From an uncultured Pseudomonadota bacterium (GTDB lineage Bacteria > Vulcanimicrobiota > Vulcanimicrobiia > Eremiobacterales > Eremiobacteraceae): a DNA stretch of 64,000 nt. The stretch covers positions 160,001 through 224,000 of the forward strand of contig CAVTNB010000003.1 of NCBI GenBank assembly GCA_963736005.1, read 5' to 3'. Positions 57,847 to 64,000 of this stretch are shown piece after piece. Positions within the stretch are counted from its first letter, which is position 1; every line of letters starts with the position of its first letter. A model generated the notes under the pieces. It saw nothing but the letters and a program-made list of their open reading frames with translations. It searched no databases and was not told where the DNA came from. The position numbers and the translations under genes are program-made.

Positions 57847-58410
57847 TTAATCGCGTAAGAGTTCGAGGAGCGAGTGCACGATGCGAGCAGTCGCTCCCCA
57901 AATTTTATTGCCGTCCAACATATAAGAGTATCGCGTCTTCACCACCCCGCCATATTCCGTCTGCGCGATCACCTCGACCCCTGGCTCGAGCAACCTCATG
58001 ATCGGCACCGTGAGAATACGCGACACTTCGAGCGGGTCGGGGACAAGGGTCGGATTTCCTTCGACGTACCCAACAACAGGAGTGATCGTGTAATTCGAAA
58101 CCGTTGTTTCGACATCGTCGAGCAAGCCGACAACGCTGACGAGTTCTCTTGACAGCGCGAGCTCTTCTTGCGCTTCTCGCAGCGCAGCGTCCACCGCGCC
58201 GCGGTCGTGGCGCTCGATAGAACCACCCGGGAAGCAGATCTCACCCTTGTGTTCGAGGACGTCTGTGCTCCGTTCGCACAGCAGCAGAGTTGGATTGTCC
58301 GGCGAGCCTAACAGCGGAACCAGCACAGCGGCTGAGCGGGTTTGCACATTGGAGAGCGCGTGTCGGACGCGGCTGCGCAACCGCTCCCCTAAGGACTCAA
58401 GCGCGTTCAC
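57847..58410 (-). CDS. CoA pyrophosphatase (Nudix, NudL-like)
   Basis: AAVLVPL, H.GEI.FPGG, ALREAQEE, IWGATA. Confidence 0.9.
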   Translation of the reverse strand: MNALESLGERLRSRVRHALSNVQTRSAAVLVPLLGSPDNPTLLLCERSTDVLEHKGEICFPGGSIERHDRGAVDAALREAQEELALSRELVSVVGLLDDVETTVSNYTITPVVGYVEGNPTLVPDPLEVSRILTVPIMRLLEPGVEVIAQTEYGGVVKTRYSYMLDGNKIWGATARIVHSLLELLRD

Positions 58411-58418
58411 GAGCGTTG

Positions 58419-59093
58419 TTAGTTCCGAGAAAATCGTGCGCTTTGGGGTACTAGCTGCACGCCGCGGTCGTTGCTCAGTCCGCGAGAACGCCGCGTGCGC
58501 AATCTTTTTGTTTCTTCTTCGAGCAACGCGAGTTCGATGCGCAAACGCTGCGACGGATTCTCCGCCTCGAGCAGCATTTGCTTGACACGGACATCAATTT
58601 GAAGGGCATCGGCAATAACATACGATGTCGCAGCCAGATCGGTAGGTAATTCGATAGCCTCGAGTTCACTGCCGCATCCTGGGAGAAGCACTTCGAGGTA
58701 GTCGCGGAAGCGTTCGAGCGCAAGGTCGCGCAACACGCTTTCGTCTCTGCGATGAGAGGACTCTTGGAGATACGCAACGTCGGCGCGCCAGAACGGCGCT
58801 GTGTCGGTGATGCGCTCAACCTTGAAGCGGCGCACGCCCAACGCGATAACGTACAAACGCCCTGCGTTGAGTTTAGAAACCTGTCGAATGACCGCGGTCG
58901 TGCCGATATCCACCGGATCGAGATTCTCGCCTACCTCATGTCCGTTGCGACACAAGAGCACCCCGAAAGGCAGCTTCCCTTCGATGCACTGGTCCATCAG
59001 TGCCTTATATCGATCTTCAAACACATGGAGACGCAACGCCGCGCCCGGCATGAGGACGGTGTTGAGTACAAACAGCCCGAGAGATTTATTCAT
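58419..59093 (-). CDS. Lon peptidase substrate-binding (N-terminal) domain protein
   Basis: LF.L..VL.PG..L.LHVFEDRY, G..RF, KQ.LLE. Confidence 0.88.
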   Translation of the reverse strand: MNKSLGLFVLNTVLMPGAALRLHVFEDRYKALMDQCIEGKLPFGVLLCRNGHEVGENLDPVDIGTTAVIRQVSKLNAGRLYVIALGVRRFKVERITDTAPFWRADVAYLQESSHRRDESVLRDLALERFRDYLEVLLPGCGSELEAIELPTDLAATSYVIADALQIDVRVKQMLLEAENPSQRLRIELALLEEETKRLRTRRSRGLSNDRGVQLVPQSARFSRN

Positions 59094-59113
59094 GACCGCC
59101 AAGGAGATGGGCC

Positions 59114-59332
59114 TTAGGGTTGGTGCGCGAGCTCCTCGCTCCAGGCCTGGGCGATGCGCTCGAGCGTTTCCTCGTCGACTTTTTCTGGATCGTCTTCAAA
59201 ATCATCCAGCTCGGTCACGAGTCGGAGGAGTTCGGGCATGGGCATTTGCTTCGGATCTTCATCCGGATAGCTGTCAGCCAGCTCGAACGCAATGTCCTCG
59301 ACATCCTGCCAGGTTAGTCCCACAGCCCTCAC
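59114..59332 (-). CDS. iscX: Fe-S cluster assembly protein IscX
   Basis: LTW.D..DIA..L...YP..DP, F.DDP, E..LE.I...W..E. Confidence 0.85.
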   Translation of the reverse strand: MRAVGLTWQDVEDIAFELADSYPDEDPKQMPMPELLRLVTELDDFEDDPEKVDEETLERIAQAWSEELAHQP

Positions 59333-59400
59333 CTCCTTACATCTTAAATCAGCGGCCCCAAAGTTTCGCGATTGACTCAGGGGGCCCTTCCCCTAAGGCC

Positions 59401-59487
59401 GAGCGGACTCGGGAGGTCCGCTGCTACAATCAACGCGGGAGCGGACCTAAAGGTCCGCTGCTACATACCAGTTGTACATACCAGTTG
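59401..59487 (-). repeat. Two REP family A copies plus an adjacent 13-bp tandem duplication
   Basis: Copies at 59401-59427 and 59439-59464; TACATACCAGTTG twice (59462-59487). Confidence 0.8.
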
Positions 59488-59500
59488 CGGAGCGGTTATT

Positions 59501-60274
59501 TCAAACGATGCCCAAAATATTGTAGCCGGCGTCAACATACAACACTTGACCCGTGATTGCCGATGACAGATCGCTTGCCAAGAAGACTGCCACGTTGCCT
59601 ATGTCCTCGGCAATCGCATTGCGTCGCAGGGGCGACTTGACTGCTAGGTCGGTCAGAATCTTGGTAAAGTCTCCGACCGCGCGCGCCGATGCCGTTTTGA
59701 TCGGCCCGGCCGATATCGCGTTGACGCGCACGCCACCCATCTCTCCCAGGTCCGCCGCCAAATAGCGCACCGAAGATTCCAAGGCCGCCTTCGCGACGCC
59801 CATGACGTTGTAGTTGCGGACGGCACGGACCGAACCCAAATACGTCATCGCCATGACCGAGGCGTGCTCCGCGAATAATGGAGCAAGTCGTTGACATAAC
59901 GCGACGAGCGAGTACGCGCTGATATCAAGCGCCAACGAGAATCCGGATCGCGTGGTGGCAAAGAACTTGCCCGACAGCTCCTCCTTGCGTGCGAACGCCA
60001 GGCTGTGAACGAGCACATCGATCTTTCCGAACTTGTCAGCTATGAAGCCACCGAGCGCGTCGAGGCTCTCGTCGGAGGCGACGTCGGCCGCCATCGTGGG
60101 CGCACCTCCAAGCTCAGCGGCAAGCTTCTCCACGTCGTCGCGGGTTCGCTCACCCTCGTAGGTGAGAGCGAGCGACGCGCCATGCGCGTGCAGTGCGCGG
60201 GCGATCGCCGTTGCAATGCTCCAGCGGTTTGCGACGCCAAGCACGCACGCTTTCTTACCAGTCAGCAATCCCAT
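59501..60274 (-). CDS. fabI: Enoyl-ACP reductase
   Basis: GVANRWSIA, HSLAFA, ISAYS, YNVMGVAKAALE, ISAGPIKT. Confidence 0.95.
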   Translation of the reverse strand: MGLLTGKKACVLGVANRWSIATAIARALHAHGASLALTYEGERTRDDVEKLAAELGGAPTMAADVASDESLDALGGFIADKFGKIDVLVHSLAFARKEELSGKFFATTRSGFSLALDISAYSLVALCQRLAPLFAEHASVMAMTYLGSVRAVRNYNVMGVAKAALESSVRYLAADLGEMGGVRVNAISAGPIKTASARAVGDFTKILTDLAVKSPLRRNAIAEDIGNVAVFLASDLSSAITGQVLYVDAGYNILGIV

Positions 60275-60280
60275 CGAGCG

Positions 60281-60892
60281 CTAACGAGCCGCCGCGAAGC
60301 GCTGCGCAACGGCATCCCAGTTGACGACGTTCCACCACGCGTTGAGATAATCGGCACGGCGGTTTTGGTACTTCAGATAATAAGCGTGCTCCCAAACGTC
60401 GTTGCCCATGATGGGCAAAAGGCCGCTCGACATGGGATTATCTTGGTTGGCCGTGCTTGTAACAGAAAGCTTTCCATCGCGCGAGCGCGCAAGCCATACC
60501 CACCCGCTCCCGAATTGCTTCAGACCGGTATCGACAAACAGCTTCTTGAACGCGTCGAAGTCGCCGAATGCGGATTTCAGCGCATCGGCCAGCGGGCCTT
60601 TTGGCTCGCCGCCACGGCCCGGACCCATGATCGTCCAGAACATCGAGTGATTGACGTGCCCGCCTCCGTTGTTACGCACTGCAGTACGAATATCTTCAGG
60701 CACAGAGGCAAGGTCTGCAATGAGGTCTTCTGCGCTCTTGCTTGCAAGCTCAGGGTGCTTTTCGATCGCCGCGTTGAGATTGGTCACATAGGTCGCGTGG
60801 TGCTTGTCGTGGTGAAGCGTCATCGTTTCTTTGTCGATGGATGGTTCGAGTGCATCGTATGCGTAGGGAAGCGCCGGTACTTCAAAAGCCAT
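60281..60892 (-). CDS. sodA: Mn/Fe superoxide dismutase, Mn-type signature
   Basis: [37 protein letters not shown]. Confidence 0.93.
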   Translation of the reverse strand: MAFEVPALPYAYDALEPSIDKETMTLHHDKHHATYVTNLNAAIEKHPELASKSAEDLIADLASVPEDIRTAVRNNGGGHVNHSMFWTIMGPGRGGEPKGPLADALKSAFGDFDAFKKLFVDTGLKQFGSGWVWLARSRDGKLSVTSTANQDNPMSSGLLPIMGNDVWEHAYYLKYQNRRADYLNAWWNVVNWDAVAQRFAAAR

Positions 60893-61028
60893 GATCTCTT
60901 CCTCCGAGATTTTCAAGAGCTCGATCAGTGTTGGGAAGTAGCGATTTGTGCGCACGTAGCGCATCTCCTAGGAAATGTCGAGCCGCCCTGAAGGTTCGCC
61001 GCTGCACCTTCGGGTAGAGAGCAGGCCC

Positions 61029-61274
61029 ATGCGTGTAATGGTGCGGTTTTTTGCGGCGCATCGCGAAGCAACAGGACAACCGACATACGGCGCAGACGTG
61101 CCCGAGGGCACCCGCGCCTCGGAGGTGCTCGGCATGCTGCGCGAACGATTCCCGCGCCTCTTGGCAGTCTCGGACCACGTCGCCTTTGCCGTCAATCAAA
61201 CGGTCGTGCAGGCAGACACCGTGCTGCGCGACGGCGACGAACTCGCTCTGCTCCCGCCCATGGCCGGCGGGTGA
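61029..61274 (+). CDS. moaD: Molybdopterin synthase sulfur carrier
   Basis: VRFFA, AVN, DGDELALLPPMAGG. Confidence 0.9.
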   Translation: MRVMVRFFAAHREATGQPTYGADVPEGTRASEVLGMLRERFPRLLAVSDHVAFAVNQTVVQADTVLRDGDELALLPPMAGG

Positions 61275-61690
61275 TGAAGCTCTTCGTCATCTCCGGCGAT
61301 TCGCTGGATGAACCCGCTGTCACCCACGCGGTTGCAAGCACCGGCGCCGGCGGAGTGGTGACCTTTGTGGGAAGGGTGCGCGACAACGCGCGCGGCCATA
61401 AAGTGATTGCGCTCGAGTACGAAGCCTATCCGGAAATGGCAGAAGCGATCTTCGCGCAGATCGCCGCGGAAGCCAAGTCCCGCTTTGCGATTTCGGAGGT
61501 AGCCATCCATCATCGCTATGGCAGGCTCGAAGTTGGTGAACCAAGTGTGGTCGTCGCGGTCGCTGCCCCGCATCGGAGCGCCGCGTTTGAGGCTTGCCGT
61601 TACGCCATCGATCAACTAAAAACTCGCGCGCCTATTTGGAAAAAGGAATTTGGACCCGATGGTGCGGTTTGGGTGGACGATCGGCCATAG
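61271..61690 (+). CDS. moaE: Molybdopterin synthase catalytic subunit
   Basis: F.G.VR, LEYEAY..MA, HR.G.L, HR..AF, K..APIWKKE. Confidence 0.95.
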   Translation: MMKLFVISGDSLDEPAVTHAVASTGAGGVVTFVGRVRDNARGHKVIALEYEAYPEMAEAIFAQIAAEAKSRFAISEVAIHHRYGRLEVGEPSVVVAVAAPHRSAAFEACRYAIDQLKTRAPIWKKEFGPDGAVWVDDRP

Positions 61691-61719
61691 CCGTCGCGAA
61701 GACATTCGCGATCCTAGAG

Positions 61720-62934
61720 TTAACCTGTAAACGTGATGCCGAAGTATCTGGGAATGAGCGTGCCTAGGACGTAGCCCAAAAGACCGGCGACGGTTCCGAT
61801 AACAAACGTTTCCAAACCGGACTTCCACTGGTTTGTATCCGCCACGCGCGCTTTCACGACGCCGACGCCGAAGAGCACGGCCGCTGCCAAGAGAACGGAC
61901 GACCAGAATGCGGTCGGACCATGCAGCAGTGTGTACGGAAGAATCGGAAAGACCGCGCCGCTCAGAAACGATAAGGCCATCACACCGGCGTTCTTGAGCG
62001 GGTTTTCCTTTGGCTCGATATCGAGTCCCAGCTCTTCTCGGGCCATGACACGCAACAACCTCTGCGGATCCTTTGAAACTTCGAGCGCTGCGGCCCGCGC
62101 CTGTGCAAGAGGCATTCCATGTTGGCGGTAAATCTCGATCAACTCCGCGAGCTCTTCCGCCGGTCTCTCGGCAATTTCGCGCGCTTCGCTTGCGACTTCG
62201 GCCCGGCCAACTTCCGCTTCAGCCTTCGATGACAGGTAGCTGCCGGCACTCATCGCGATCATCCCCGCAAAGCCCGACGCAAGCCCGGCCAGCAAGATGT
62301 CGCTGTTGCTGTGCGTGGCACCATAGAATGCCGACACTACAGACACGGTCGTGAGCGCACCATCCTGAGCCCCGAAGACAACTTCTCGGATGCGAGAGCG
62401 GGAGGCAATTCGCTCGCGTTCGCTCCGCATCTCGGGCGGTCCGTGAACTTTTTTTGGCTGCGCAGGTGCGCGAGGCTGCGGAGGATGTGGCGCTTGCGCA
62501 CTCGCCGCGCGAGCTTGCCCGTCTGTGGCCGGCCCTGTTTTGGGCTTTGCGAGACCCTCGAGGATGTCTTGAAAAAGGGTAATGTGGTAGCGCTCGCGAT
62601 CCAGCGCCAATTCAAAGACGGCGACCGCATCTACGCGCCCTTCGGCCCGCGCCTCTTCAATGTAGCGTGGATAATTTGTTTCGCTCTCTTTAGCTTCTTC
62701 TAAGATGACGTGGCGCAGGTTGTCGGCGGTTGTCTTGACAGCCCCCAACGGGGCGAGCAGCGCTTGGGCATGGATGGCCTCGGAACCGGCGGCCTCCATG
62801 AAAGCCTGCGCGGCTTTCGGGTGGCCCTCGTTGAGCGCGGCCTGAGCGTATGCCGAGTAGAGCCGGTTTGCTTTGGCCTCGTCCGCGAAGGCAATCCATA
62901 GGTTGACGTCGGTCTTTGTGACTCTTGCTTCCAT
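61720..62934 (-). CDS. Rubrerythrin di-iron domain fused to a VIT1/CCC1 transporter
   Basis: N-terminal E..ANRLY, EAIHA, E..E...YP, ERYH; C-terminal VFGAQDG, SMSAGSYLS, REELG. Confidence 0.85.
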   Translation of the reverse strand: MEARVTKTDVNLWIAFADEAKANRLYSAYAQAALNEGHPKAAQAFMEAAGSEAIHAQALLAPLGAVKTTADNLRHVILEEAKESETNYPRYIEEARAEGRVDAVAVFELALDRERYHITLFQDILEGLAKPKTGPATDGQARAASAQAPHPPQPRAPAQPKKVHGPPEMRSERERIASRSRIREVVFGAQDGALTTVSVVSAFYGATHSNSDILLAGLASGFAGMIAMSAGSYLSSKAEAEVGRAEVASEAREIAERPAEELAELIEIYRQHGMPLAQARAAALEVSKDPQRLLRVMAREELGLDIEPKENPLKNAGVMALSFLSGAVFPILPYTLLHGPTAFWSSVLLAAAVLFGVGVVKARVADTNQWKSGLETFVIGTVAGLLGYVLGTLIPRYFGITFTG

Positions 62935-62943
62935 CGAGCAAGG

Positions 62944-63891
62944 TTGTTCTCGATCAATGCGCAAGATTCCGCCGCTTTGCAACGATCAGACTTTTTCGTC
63001 AAGGATGACCGAGTGCGTCCGCTATGGCGCATCATCACCTTCATCATCGCCGTTCCAATCGTCAGCCTGGTGCTGTGGAGTCTGTACTTCATAGCCATGG
63101 GAGGATTGGTACGCGAACCGTCGTTTCTCTCCGAAGAAATTTCGGGAGAAATCGTCACGGCGATCTCGGCGCTGCTGGTTGCTCTGTGGCTGCGGCGCTT
63201 TGTCGACCGCCGCTCGATTGCTTCGCTCGGTTTTGCGCCGCGAGGACCTTGGTTGAGGCTGTTATTCTTAGGACTAGCTTTTGGCGCGGGCATGCAAGGC
63301 GTTGCGTTCGCCGTCGAAGCACTCACCAAGAGCACAAGGATCGTTGGGTTTGGCAACGTCTCCTCAGATGCGAAGATCCTCGCGGCTGCTTTGGGCGTCT
63401 TCTTGGCAGGGGCGTTGCTCGAAGAACTCTCGTTTCGCGGGTACTTGTTTCAGAATTTCTGGGAAGCATTCGGCGTGGTGCCGGCCATCGTGATCACGTC
63501 GCTGCTGTTTGCCGGCATTCATCTCTACAATCCGAACGCGCAATCGAACGTCGTGCAAACGCTCCTGGGGCTGCTCGCCTATGCCGTGTGGGCGTGTTGC
63601 AGTCTGCTGTGGACCAGATCTCTCTGGCTGGCACTTGGCGCGCACCTTGCCTGGAATCTTTTCGAAGGGCCAGTGTTTGGCTTTCCGGTTAGCGGTCTTG
63701 TGATGCCCGCCCCCACGGTGCTGGCGCAAAGCGTGAGCGGACCCGCCTGGCTCACCGGTGGCAGCTTCGGACCTGAAGCAGGGGTCAGCTCGCTCGTCGC
63801 GTTGACCGTCGGATTCGTGCTCCTGCGCCTGCTGTACGTGAGAGGAACGTTCGCAAGCGCACCCGACGTGCGCGAAAAATACGCGCGCTAA
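62944..63891 (+). CDS. CPBP (Abi/CAAX) intramembrane metalloprotease
   Basis: EELSFRGY, FAGIH, H..WN, GG.FGPE; start uncertain. Confidence 0.9.
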   Translation: MFSINAQDSAALQRSDFFVKDDRVRPLWRIITFIIAVPIVSLVLWSLYFIAMGGLVREPSFLSEEISGEIVTAISALLVALWLRRFVDRRSIASLGFAPRGPWLRLLFLGLAFGAGMQGVAFAVEALTKSTRIVGFGNVSSDAKILAAALGVFLAGALLEELSFRGYLFQNFWEAFGVVPAIVITSLLFAGIHLYNPNAQSNVVQTLLGLLAYAVWACCSLLWTRSLWLALGAHLAWNLFEGPVFGFPVSGLVMPAPTVLAQSVSGPAWLTGGSFGPEAGVSSLVALTVGFVLLRLLYVRGTFASAPDVREKYAR

Positions 63892-64000
63892 GTAATTCTT
63901 CGGTCCTTCCAAACTTGACCGCGGCCGCTGAGAATTCTCCAGGCGGACGCCGCCATCACTGCAGCTGCGAAAACCCCCGATGCGGGGGTCAGGAGAACGG

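Noticed and set aside
60980..61008. Additional REP family A copy upstream of moaD (and a family B-like hairpin at 61693-61711)
   Set aside because: Too degenerate, with broken stems or a missing GTAG end, to list as features; possibly old copies

Overview
A gene-dense, GC-rich bacterial chromosome segment. The gene content (orphan family-5 ABC binding proteins, 'copper amine oxidase N-terminal/stalk' domain proteins, TolC, ThyX) suggests a diderm Terrabacteria lineage such as Ca. Eremiobacterota, but this is inference only. Most of the window is housekeeping: mutS, miaB, der-plsY-efp, DAHP synthase, ubiX, hemL, thyX, thiGHSE, class I aldolase, fabI, sodA, moaDE. I found no rRNA, tRNA, CRISPR array, transposase or phage genes. 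The features most worth a second look are: (1) three tandem, mosaic paralogs that join a near-identical stalk domain through a Pro/Thr linker to divergent C-terminal beta-barrels, a candidate outer-membrane tether/porin array; (2) two tandem three-gene type IV minor-pilin cassettes (PilV/PilW/PilX-like), each with a CRP-like box and its own terminator; (3) about 30 GTAG-type REP palindromes in three families, several of which supply stop codons or are translated inside proteins; (4) an orphan attenuator-like structured RNA at about 11.98-12.08 kb; (5) three single-base frameshifts clustered at 12.8-14.1 kb; (6) two cupredoxins with substituted copper ligands; and (7) a rubrerythrin-VIT1 fusion. 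Start codons were moved from the ORF track where RBS, gene overlap or homology argued for it. All product calls rest on motif recognition by eye; no database search was run.
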